Assembly (NCBI RefSeq): GCF_963921235.1
Contig: NC_086108.1
Coordinates: 14,322,001-14,386,000 of the forward strand
Direction of reading: 5' to 3'
Source of the DNA: Mobula hypostoma
Taxonomy: Eukaryota
Length of the DNA stretch: 64,000 bases
The notes beneath the pieces were generated by a model. The model did no database searches. It had not been told where the DNA came from and saw only the letters and a program-made list of their open reading frames with translations. Positions 52,912 to 64,000 of this stretch are shown here, piece by piece; within the stretch, counting starts at the first letter, position 1; each line of letters starts with the position of its first letter. Both the position numbers and the translations under genes were made by a program.

Positions 52912-54050
52912 GAGATCAGAATCAGGTTTAATATTACTGGCATATGGTGTGAAATTTGTTAACTTTGCAGCAGTAGTACAATGCAATACATGATAAATAT
53001 AGAAAAAACAGAATTACAATTAGTATCTGTATATGTATATTAAATAGTTAAATTAAGTAGTGCAAAAATAGAAATAAAGAAGTAGTGAGCTGTTTTCATG
53101 GGTTCAATGTCCATTCAGAAATCAGATGGCAGAGGGGAAGAAGCTGTTCCTGAATTTCTGAGTGTGTGCCTTCAGACTCCTGTACCTCCTTCCTGCTGGT
53201 AACGATGAGAATTGGGCATGTACTGGGTGATGGGGGTCCTTAATGATGCACGCCGCCTTCTTGAGGCACCACTCCTTGTAGATGTCTTGGATACTATGGA
53301 GGTTAGTGCCCATGATGGAGCTGACTAATTCTACAACTTTCTGCAACTTACCTTGGTCCTGTGCAGTTGCCCCACCCCCTACCCCCATACCAGACGGTGA
53401 TGCAGTCAGTAAGGATGTTCTCCACAGTACTTTTGTAGATGTTTTGGAGTGTTTCAGGTGACATACAAAATCTCTTCAAGCTCTCATTGAAGTATAAATG
53501 CTGTCTAGCTGCATCAATATGTTGCATCCAGGTTACGTCCTCAGAGATATTGACACCCAGGAACTTGAAATCGCTCAGTCTCTCCACTTCTAATCCCTCT
53601 GTGAGGATTGGTTTCTGTTCCCTTGACTTACTCTTTCTTAAGTCCACAACCAGGTGTTTGGTCTTGCTGTTGTTGAGTGCAAGTTTGTTGCTACGACACC
53701 ACTCAATTGACTGGTATATCTCACTCCTTTGCGCCCTCTCATTTCATTTTAAATTCTGCCAACAATAGTGTATCATCAGCAAATTTATCGCTGGCAATTG
53801 AGCTATGCCTATCCTCACAGACATGGGAATGGAGGGAGTAGAGCAGTGGGATAAGCAGTGGGAGTTGTGCCAGTGTTGATTATCAACAAGGTGGAGATGT
53901 TATTTTGAATCAGCACAGATGGTGGTCTTCCAGTTAGGAATTCAAGGAACCAGTTGCAGAGGTATAGAGGCCAAGGTTCTGTAGCTTTTTGATCAGGACT
54001 GTAAGAATGATGGCGGTAAACCCTGAGCTATAGTCAATAAGCAGCATCCG
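52912..54050 (-). mobile_element. Rex1/Babar-like LINE 3' part
   Basis: FKFLGVNISED, IIKDPHHP and RYRSLKAHTQKFRNSFFP motifs; (ATTCTG)n tail. Confidence 0.85.
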
Positions 54051-54065
54051 TTCCCAACAAAAATA

Positions 54066-54629
54066 CACTCAGTGGCCACTTTATTAGGTACACCTGTATA
54101 CTAGTTCATTGATGCAAATATCTAATCAGCCAATCATGTGGCAGCAACTCAATGCATAAGAGCATGTAAACATGGTAAAGTGCTTCAGTTGTTCAGACCT
54201 AACATCAGAATGGGGAATTAACATGGAATAATTGCTGGTGCCAGATAGGGTGGTTTGGGTCTCTCAGAAACTACTGATCTCCTGGGATTTTTACATATAA
54301 CAGTCTCTAGAGTTTACAGGGAATGGTGCAAAAAACAAAAAAAAAAATTCAGTGAGCAGGAGTTCTGTGTGCAAAAATATCTTGTTAATGAGAGAGGTCA
54401 GAGGAGAGTAGCCGCTGAAGGAAGGCAACAATAACTCAAAATAACCATGCGTTACAATAGTAGTGTGCAGAAAAATATCCCTGAACACACAACATGATGA
54501 ATCTTGGTTGGGCTACAGCAGCAGAAAACTACGAACATACACTCAGTGCCCACTTTATTAAGTATATTCCTGTACACTACTGTGGTAATGCATGGTTATT
54601 CCTGTACTTAATGAAGAGGTCACTGTGTG
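54066..54629. mobile_element. Tc1-derived non-autonomous element
   Basis: Left TIR CACTCAGTGGCCACTTTATTAGGTAC, degenerate inverse at the right end and TA flanks. Confidence 0.75.
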
Positions 54630-55135
54630 TATATACTTTGATAATAAGTTTACCTTGAGCTTTAATCAGCTGATAATGCTGGTACCCAGGTGACATATTC
54701 AATGGCTGTTGTTGTATGGGAACAGAAGTTCACTACCTGACAGTGCAATCCTTCTGTGTAATGTTGTTATGTTAACTCATTCAAGTCCAGGTCCTCTCTG
54801 GATTACAAGTTCCTGACTTATGGGAAGCCCTGACATACAAAGCCCAGCTGAGCAGAGCAGGTACCATTGAGCAGACATACTCAATATGTTAGTGAGACTT
54901 GCTGATAGCCACTTTTCCCACGCCTTGCTCTGCTGATACAGCTCTTCCTGTGGTCCTCTCCATATGCTGTGTTCATTTCCAACTGACAGACAGTTCTCAG
55001 GAATGAAGCCCTGCCATTACCTGGGACTGCCTGTTCTCACAGCAGCACAATTAACTGGTTGAGGTGTGGTGGAGCAGTGTGAGTTCTCTTCCTAATCCCA
55101 AGGTCACAGCCCAACTCTCTCCTTTTTCCTTCCAG

Positions 55136-55227
55136 GCTCCTGGCCACAGCAGCAACGCACTTCAACCTCCGAACTCTGAGGGCAGTCCGTGTTCTGCGAC
55201 CTCTGAAGCTGGTGTCTGGGATTCCCA
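55136..55227 (+). CDS. CACNA1E: Internal coding exon of a Cav2 voltage-gated calcium channel alpha-1 subunit (domain I S3-S4, equivalent to exon 4), most like Cav2.3
   Basis: Pyrimidine tract, AG acceptor (55134-55135), CTAAT branch-like motif (~55092) and GTGAGT donor (55228). The 92-bp exon translates (G)[30 protein letters not shown](S), the Cav2 IS4 motif. THFN favours CACNA1E over CACNA1A (TEFD) and CACNA1B (TDFD), from recalled sequences. Cav2 identity is near certain; the paralog call is less so. Confidence 0.9.
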
Positions 55228-56499
55228 GTGAGTCTGCTTTTCATGGAATCAGAAATCTTCAACATTTTATAAATTTCCATCTAATCTGCACTCAGCTTCT
55301 CTCTCGTAACTACTGGCCCTCTTACTGTATACGTACTGCACCCTCTCTCATGGCTTCACCTCCTTGTGAAGTGACCTGAACAGAACACATTACTCCAGCT
55401 GAGGTTGGGCCAGAAGGTTCAGGACAATCTCCTTGTTTTTATACTCAGTACCTTGATAAAACCCAGATTTGTGTATGCCTGATTAAGCCTACCCAACCTC
55501 TTTCAATGATTGTGTTCCCACACTACCCCCCCCAAAGACGTTCTGTTCCTGAACCTCTTTAGACAGTGTCGTTTATTCCAAATTGCCTCTTCTCATTCTT
55601 TCTAACACCTCACATGTCTAGACATTAATCTCTATAGAGTTGGGGTAAGATAGCATGCAAACAGACTCCGGCCCAACTGGTCCATGCCGATCATAGTTTC
55701 CTTCCTGCCAGTCCCTGTTGCCCCCATTTAGCCCATATCATCCAAGCCGCCCCCCGCCCCCCCGTATACCTATCCGAATGCCTCTTAAATCTTGCAATAG
55801 GATCCACCTCAACCACTTTCTCTGGCAGCTCATTCCTGGTGTTCACTGCCATCTGTGTAAAGAAGTTGCCTCTCAGGTCTCTTTTAAATCCCTCCACTCT
55901 TATCTTGTATCTGTGCCTTATAGTTTTGGACATCCCAAGTCTGGGGAAAAGACAATGACAGTCCAGCTCATCGATATCCCAGGTGATTTTATAAAATTAT
56001 ATGTCACCTCTCCTTCTCCTACGATCCTGAGAATAAAGATCCAGTGTGGCAGATTCATCTGCCATGTCTGCCCATTCCACCAGGCTGTTTATATCCTGCA
56101 ACATTCTGTTACTCTCCTCTTCACAGTTCAAAGAAACCGTGACTTGTACCAGCACCAATCCCCCAGGTAGGCTGTCATCCAGTTTGAAATATCACCATCC
56201 TGACATTCACTTTTTCCCTCCATTCCCTGCATATTTATGTGCTTGTTAAACACCACCATCATTAATGCTTTCACCAGCACCCTGGCAGCCCATTCCAGGA
56301 ACCCACACTTTCTGTGTAAAATAAAACTTGCCCTGACACAACTTCTTTAAGCTTTCTTCCCACTCCTTAAATGTACATTCTCTCATATTTGATACCTCAA
56401 CCTTGGAAGAAAGATTTTGACTGTTTACCCATGGGTAGATGTGGGTATGTAATGTTGCTGGTATTACAGCAATGGGTAACCAGAGGTGGGGAGTTGAGA

Positions 56500-57175
56500 T
56501 AAAAGACACAACAATGGGAAAGTCGGGGGAGGATTGAAGTGGGGGGGGGGTGTTGTGGCAGGACAGGAAGAAGAAGAAGAGAAAGTCAAGCTACCAGAGG
56601 TGAGAGTTACCTAAAACTAGACAATTCAGTGTAGCCTACCCAGGGAGAGTTTGAGGAGTTGTTTCTCTAGTTTGTGCTGGGCTTCATTCTCACAGTGGGG
56701 AAGGGTGAGAGTGGACAGGTCAGTGTGGGAATGGGTCGGGGAAGTGAAATAGTCTGCAACTGAGAACTTGGGATGATCCTTGCAGACCGAACATAAATGT
56801 TCTGCGAAACAGTCCTCCAGTCCGCAGTTGATCTCATCAATGTGGAGGAGACCATATCAGGTGCACCGAATGCAGTAATGAGGTTGGAATGCCATCCTCC
56901 CACATCTAGCTCATCTGGAGGGGCTGTTTAGGTCCCTGGATGGTGATGAGGGAGGATGTGTAAGACTAAAAGTAAGGGCAGAGGGATGTGCCAATGGTAA
57001 GAGAGGGGGAGGTGTGGAAGGATGAGAACACCAGGGGATCACGGAGGGAGTGGTACCTGCAGAAGGTGGAAAGGGGTAGTGAGGAGAAGATGTGTCTGGT
57101 GGTGGGACCTTGTTTCAGCTGGTGGAAATGATGAAGGCTGCTGTACTGGATGTGGAAGCTCAAAGGGTGAAAGGA
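56500..57175 (-). mobile_element. Old, decayed Penelope-like fragment
   Basis: Degenerate homology to the GIY-YIG region at 29850-30470 (GPTTRHIFSSLPLSTFCRYHSLRDPLV). Confidence 0.7.
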
Positions 57176-57689
57176 ACGCATCTCATCCAGTATAGGAGTT
57201 GGGGCATTATGTTGCATTTGTACAAGATGTTAGTGAGACCACACTGTTAGTATTATGCATTATTAGCATTTGTTCATCTTGTGAAGTGGAAGACATCATT
57301 AATCTGCAAAGAGTGTAGAAAAGATTGTCAAGGACGTTGCCAGAGCTTGAGGCCTGAGTTATAGGGAGAGAGTAGGCATGTTGGACGATAACACCATTTA
57401 AAAGATATTTGATAGGAAGGGTTTAGAGGAATATAGGCCAAGCAAGAGCAAATGGGACTATCTTGATGGCCACCATGGTTGGCCTGGATGAAATGGGCTA
57501 ATGGATCTGTTTCCATGCTGATTTACTTCATGTCTCTTTGACAGGTCCAGCATAGAGACTAGTTCAAAAAATTAGAGCCCATGGCATCTAAGGCAAGTTG
57601 GCAAATTGGTTCCAAAAGTGATTTGGTTATAGGAGGCAGAGGGATGGTGGAAGGTTATTTTTGTGACCAGTGGTAAACTGTCATTCCTG

Positions 57690-60600
57690 ACACATTTCAA
57701 ATATAGTCAAGGACTTGTTTGAAGAAATCTCTGCCTAATTATCATGAGTTTATAACCTGCAGCACCAGAGGCTCCAACACACTTGACCACTTCTATACTA
57801 TGATTAGGAGGGCCTACTGTTCGTGCCTAGATCGCGTTTCAGAAATCTGAACACTTGGCTGTCCTCTTACCTGCGTACAGGCAGAGGCTAAAGGGCAAGG
57901 CTTCAGAGATAAGAACAACAAAGAGGAGGCATGGGAGCAGAGGAGCAGTTATGGGATTACTTCAGGTCAATGGACTGGGCCATATCAAGGACTCATGAGA
58001 GGATCTGAATGAATACAACACAGTGGTCATTAACCTTATAGCAGCAGTTGTAGACAACTGTGTTCCCACAAAATTATTCAGGGTCTTCCCCAACCCAAAG
58101 CCCTGGATGAACCATGAGATCCACAACCTGCTGAGAGCCAGATCAGTTGCATTCAGGTCTGGCATCCAAGTAAGATACAAGAAGTCCTGGTATGATCTCT
58201 GGAAAGCCATCTCACCTGTGGTTCGGGACCAAACTTGAATCACTGAAGGATGACCGACAGCCGTGGCAGCAGTTGAATGATATCACCTCCTATAAAGTGA
58301 AACTAAGCAACATAGGTGACTACAAGGTTTCTCTCTCTGTTGAGCTCAATACCTTCTATGCTGGCTTTGACTGCAAAACAAGGAAGAACTTCACAAACTC
58401 CCACAGCCCGTGATGACTCTTGTGATTTCAGTCCCAGGCCGATGGGAGAGCATCCTTCAGGTGGGTGAACCCACAGAAAGCTTTCAACCCAAATGGGGTA
58501 CCTGGCCGATCACTAACGACCTGTGCTGATCAACTGGCTGTGATAACCTTAACCTCTCATTTTGGTCGTCTGAGGTACACACCTGCTTCGAGCAGGCTTT
58601 AGTTTCAGTGCCCATAAAAAGTATTCACCCTCCATGGAAGTTTTTGCTTTATCATTTTACAACATTGAATCACAGTGGATTTAATTTGGCTTTTTTGACG
58701 CTGATCAACAGAAAACGACTTTTGTGTTAAAGTGAAAACATCTCTACAAAATGATCAAAATTAATTATAAATATAAACACAAAATAATTGATTGCATAAT
58801 TATTCACCCCTTTAATATGACACACCAGATCATCACTGGTGCAGCCAGTTGGTTTTAGAAGTCACATAATTAGTTAAATGGACTGTGTGGCAATGAGAGG
58901 GAAGAGGTGGCTGCGTAGCTGTAGGCATCCGTTAGTCTCATGAGACCATGGATTTGCGCCTTGGAAGGATTCCAGGGCACAGGCCTGGGCAGGGTTGTAT
59001 GGAAGACCAGCAGTTGCCCATGCTGCAAGTCTCCCCTCTCCACGCCACCAATGTTGTCCAAGGGAAGGGCACTAGGACCCATACAGCTTGGCACCGGTGT
59101 CATCGCAGAGCAATGTGTGGTCAAGTGCCTTGCTCAAGGACACGCACGCTGCCTCAGCCAAGGCTCGAACTAGCGACCTTCAAATCACTAGATGAACGCT
59201 TTAACCACTTGGCCACATGCCAACACTGCATATCACAGTGGGGAAAAACACAGCAGGGCACGAGGTTGGCTAGCTGATATCCAAGACTCCAGCATCATTG
59301 GGCTGAACCTGATGTCTCACTGGGGGGCCCATGTGGATGTGCCGGGGGCAACACCCTATCTCAGCTGGTCCAACACCACATTAAAACTGGGGACACCTGC
59401 CCGATCTGCCTGCTGCCCCATCACCTGGCCCTTGGCAAACGCCAGGCAGCGGAGCAGTGGATCAGTACTGGGAGCGGCTGGCATCATCAAGCTCTCAGAC
59501 AGCCTGTGGGCAGCCCCGGGCAGTGTTGGTTAGGAAGCGAGATGGATTGTGGTGGTTCTGCATAGACTAACACCATTTCAGTGCCATGACGCAGAAGGAT
59601 TCCTACCCGCTGCCCCGAATTGAGCTGCTCTGGACTGTATCGTGGGTTTGACCTGGTTCAGCTCTCTCGATCTCCACAGTGGCTTCTGTCCCGGGAGGTC
59701 TGACCCAAGACCACTTTCACCATTGGTCAAGGGCTGTGGCACTTTTGGGTAAATGCCGTTTGGCCTGTGTAACGCCCCAGCCACATTCAAGAGACTGGTG
59801 GAGAGAGTGCTGGCTTACATTCTACGGAGTCGCTGTGTCATCTATTTGGACGATCTCCTGGTAAACACTGTCATTTCTAATGATGCTCTGCGGAACCTGG
59901 AAGAGGTCTTTGCTGCCGTCCGCCAGGCGAAACTCCGCCCTAACCCCACAAAATGCTGTCTGCTGCACCGGCAGACAAAGTTCCTGGGGCGCGTGGTGAG
60001 TGCGGAAGGAATGGCGATCGACCCTGAGAAGGTGGCAGTGGTCAAGGAATGGTCCACTCTGGCAATGCTTTGAGCTTTGCAGCATCCTGCCGCCTGTTTA
60101 TTAAGTACTTCACTGCTGTCGCCAGTTCCCTGCATCAGCTCACCAAAAGGGGAGACCCTTCACCTGGACTGCCACCTTCGACCAGCTCCAAACTGTGTCC
60201 ACCGAGGCCCCAGTGCCAGTGTATCCCAATCCAGCACACCTTTTCATTGTTGACGCAGAGGTCAGCAATGGGGGTATCGGCGCAGTGCTATATCAAACCA
60301 CTACGTTTTGTGGCCATGGATAACTTCACAAATTGGCCACAGGCATAAGGGTCCCGGACCAGAGTGCCACCACCACCACTGAGAGACTTGAAGAGGAATT
60401 CTTATGCCACTTCAGCATCCCTGAGGAACTCCAGTGCTACCAGGGTGCAACTTTGAGGCGCAGGTGTTTGGCAAGGGCTGTAGGCAGCTGGGAATCACCA
60501 AAATGTGGACCACCCCCTTCATCTGCAAAGTGATGGGCTGGTGGAATGATTTAACTGACCCTGGCTACACAGCTTACCATCCTTGTCAGCCAGCACCAGT

Positions 60601-63600
60601 GCAATTGGAATCACCACCTAGCCCTAGCATACCGGATAGCAGTTTAGGAGAAAACTAGGTGTACGCTGGCTGTGCTTGTGTTTGAGTGGGAACTGCACAT
60701 GCTGGTGGATAGGGTGTTTGTTTCCCTCCCCAGCCAGAGATTCCTGGGGGCGGGAGGGGGCGCCAGGTTGGATTACCTGCAGCACCTCAGAGGGCACCTG
60801 CGGGTTGTTCATGTTGTGGCTCAGCAGAACCAAAGTGCAGCCAGCTGCCGTCAAAAATAAGCTTATGATGACGACAGTCAGGGACAGGACTTTACTGTGG
60901 GGAACCGAGTATGGGTCTACTGCTCATACTTGAGCAGTATGAGCTGGAGTGTGGGCCATACCCAAGTATGGGTCTACTGCTCCACCTGGAAGAAGGCTCT
61001 GTCTCCCAAACTTGGAAGCTATTGGAAGGGGCCGGGAGAGGTGTTCAACCACATCTCCGATATAGTATACCAGGCGCGGCTACCTGCACAGCTTTCGGCA
61101 GTTGTGCTGCAGCAGGACCAGCTGCCATCGTATCGGCCCTTGGCAGCCAAGTTGAGGGAAGGGGGTGACACTCTGGCTACCCTGCCTCTTGCCTCATCAT
61201 ACAGTGCCTCCCCTGGGGGGTGGGGATACAGCCACCCCCGAGTGCCCCAGATGGCAGAGTCGACCATCACCGGGACTTAAGGTCTTTGTTGCGGACTCTG
61301 GGGTTGCTGGGATGGCTGACCCCTCAGGTGGGGGCATTGTGCCGCTCTGGGGCGGGGGGGTATGGTCGACAGATTGCCCCAGTATTCCTTGTGGCCAGCA
61401 CTAATTATTGTTCTTGTTTTAAAAGGCTTTCGTGGTGTGCGTGTTCAGTAGAATCATGATGAGATGCTCAAGTTCATTTATTTTAGCTCTGCTTATACCT
61501 TGCTCACTTGTGTGTTTGTGTGCCACCCTGAAATGTAGCCTGGGTGTGTAATAATCACCTCCCCCATCTGTATGTGACTGAGTTAGTTCTCACTGAGCTA
61601 TTGTGCTCTGACTGTTATTGTGCTTGTCACAACAAAAGTGGCTGTTGAGATAAACAAGCTTTTCTCGTCTGTCATCATGGACTGAATGCTTGCCACGGTA
61701 TGAACTCCTGCCTGAGATGCAACCTGAATTCACTCCAATTTGCCTACTGGCACAACAGGTCCACAGCAGATGCCATCTCATGGGCTCTTCACTCAACCCT
61801 GGAACATCTGGACAGCAAAGATGCATCCATCAGGACGATCTTTATCAAGTACAGTTTGGCATTCAATACTATCATCCCCTCAAAACTAATCAATGTTTCA
61901 AGACCTTGACCTCAATACCTCCTTGTGCAATTGGATCCTTGATTTCCTTGATCCCAGTCAGTTCTAATTGGCAACAACATCCCCTCCACGATCTCCATCT
62001 GCACAGGTGCACCACAAGGCTCTGTGCTTAGCCCCCTGCTCTACTTGCTTTGTACTTATGACAATGAGGCTAAGTACACTTCTACGCCATATTTAAGTTT
62101 GCTGATGACACCAGTGTTGCTGGCCAAGTGAAAGGAAGGTGGTGACGAATCAGCGTATAGGAGGAAGATTGAAAATCTGGCTGAGTGGTGCCACAACAGG
62201 ATCTCACTCAACATCAGTAAGACCATTTGACTTCAGGAGGAGAAAACCGAAGGTCCATGTTATCGTCCTCATCGGGGGATCAGAGGTGGAGAGGGTCAGC
62301 AACTTTAAATTCCTCTGTGTTATCATTTCAGAGCATCTGTCCTGAGCCCATTACAAAGAAAGTATTGCAAAGATTCAACATGACTTTAAAACTTTGACAA
62401 ACTTCTATAGATGCATGGTGGAGAATATATTGGTTGTATCATGGCCTTGTATGGAAATGCCAAAGCCCTTGAACTGAAAATCCTACAAAATGTAGTGGAT
62501 ACAGCCTTCTCCATCATGGAGCACATCTATACAGTGTGCTATTTCAGGAAAGCATCATCCATCTTCAGGGACACCCACCACCCAGGCCAAGTTTGAGTTC
62601 AAGTTCAGGTTTAATGCTCATTCAACCAGACATGAATACAGCCAAACAAAACAGTGTTACTCCAGGGCCAAGGTGCAAAACACAGTACTGATCATCACAT
62701 ACAGCACAAGCTTCAGTAAAATACAATCACACAAAAAATACTGTATAGTCCATTACTGTATGGACCCTGTCCATGAATTTTGTAGAAATCTAGTCAATCA
62801 GCTGAGCAAACATAGTGCGGGGGGGGGGGAGGGCGGGGTGCTGGGGCAGCACTGACTTCAGCTTAGACACAGCACCACACCGCCTCTGGTGGAGCGCACC
62901 ATCTCCAACGCCTCTCTCCTGGGCAGCTGTAAATAGATGACACCACAGCTTGAGACCTAGTTGTCACTATGACCAAGGCCACGCAGCTCCCCTGGTGTCC
63001 ACCAATAAAACAGTGAATCAGACTTGCAGCATTCCACATTGACTATGTCCAACAGGGTCTTGCAATTACAAGGAAAGTGACTAAGACGATTACTCGCTGT
63101 TAGACTGCACACCGCCTTCGTGCAGTGACTCCAGTGGTGCCTCTCTGACGCAGACAGCAGCTCCTTTGCCATCGAACAACTCACTGATTTGCGGTACTTT
63201 AATATCTTAATCTCCAGCAGGGTGTTGTGATCGTGAGAAAGTACGTTTAAAAAGGACAGTATCACCTTTGATTGGCTCCATAGAAGCTGCTACCGTCAAA
63301 CACGGCACCATCTCTCTTCTTGCTGCTGCCATTAGGAAGGTGGTACAGGAGCCTCAGGACCCACACCACCAGGTTCAGAACAGTTACTACTCCCCAACCA
63401 TCAGGCCCTTGAACCACAGGGGATAACTTCACTTACCCCACCATTGAAATGTTCCCACACCCTTGGACTTACTTTCAAGGACTCTTCATCTCATGTTCTT
63501 GATTTTTAATGCTTATTTATGTATTTTATTTTGTATTTGCACAGATTGTTGTCCTTTGCATAGGGGTGGTTTGCCCATCCTGTTGCGTTCGATCTTTCAT

Positions 63601-63660
63601 TGATTCTACTGTTTTTCTTGGATTTAGCATGTACGTATGCCCACAAGAAAATAAATCATC
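57690..63660 (+). mobile_element. Rex1/Babar-like LINE interrupted by a Tc1 end (58607-58885), a short retroposon, a Gypsy remnant and a LINE tail
   Basis: FPNPKPWMNHEI (58023), LQFAYWHNRSTADAI (61700), KFADDT (62095) and NFKFLCVIISE. Confidence 0.75.
59230..61635 (+). mobile_element. Decayed Gypsy pol with PPT and 3' LTR
   Basis: MPFGLCNAPATFKR...YLDDLLV, integrase remnants, KLGSYWKGP, G-rich PPT (~61348-61360) and LTR ending ACAACA. Confidence 0.85.
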
Positions 63661-64000
63661 TATGTACTTCGATAATAAGTTTACTTTGAAATTTGGTGTA
63701 GTGCAGGGAGTGGTGCTGGATTCCTAATGTTTATTGTATATTTTAACAATTTGAACGTGAATGCAAGTTGTTGGTGATGAATTCATGGGTTACAGGATGA
63801 TAATGACCTGCTGGTCAAACAGGCAGAGCAATGGACAGTGATATCTAACCCTGATAAGGTGGAAACAAAAGCACACAGGATACTTGCCTTCTTTAGCTGG
63901 GTCACCAAAGGATAAGAGCAGGGACATTTGGTTAGAACTGTATTAAATATTGGTTTGGCCACAGTAGGAAATACAGTTCTGTTTGCTAGAGTATAGATAA

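Noticed and set aside
1..55135. Neighbouring Cav2 exons (FEAGIKI.../NGWNVMDF) or a REST/NRSE site
   Set aside because: Not found by eye, and the next exon (LQIVLKSIMKAM) was not found downstream either; a spliced alignment is needed to exclude small exons.
1..64000. The many 60-300 aa ORFs in the track as host genes
   Set aside because: Those I can recognise are TE fragments or their antisense frames; the rest have no recognisable domain or exon structure.
1..64000. CRISPR array or prokaryotic system
   Set aside because: No regularly spaced repeat-spacer array or operon-like gene density; the sequence is vertebrate intronic DNA.

Overview
Vertebrate genomic DNA, inferred from the repeat content and exon sequence to be a cartilaginous fish, probably a ray. 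The window appears almost entirely intronic. The only host coding sequence found is a 92-bp exon (55136-55227, +) for the domain I S3-S4 voltage sensor of a Cav2 calcium channel, most like CACNA1E; the ORF track misses it. The rest is nested mobile DNA: CR1, Rex1/Babar-like and RTE LINEs, Penelope-like elements with hammerhead ribozyme motifs, Tc1/pogo and hAT transposons and MITEs, SINEs and Gypsy remnants. The most interesting item is a decayed class III (ERV-L/HERV-S-like) endogenous retrovirus with a tRNA-Ser PBS, ERV-L-type gag and integrase, and a gamma-type env. It inserted into a Rex1-like LINE and was later split by a ~3.3-kb inversion through gag, leaving its 5' LTR in sense orientation upstream of the channel exon. 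Family assignments rest on recalled motifs rather than database searches, and boundaries of decayed repeats are approximate.
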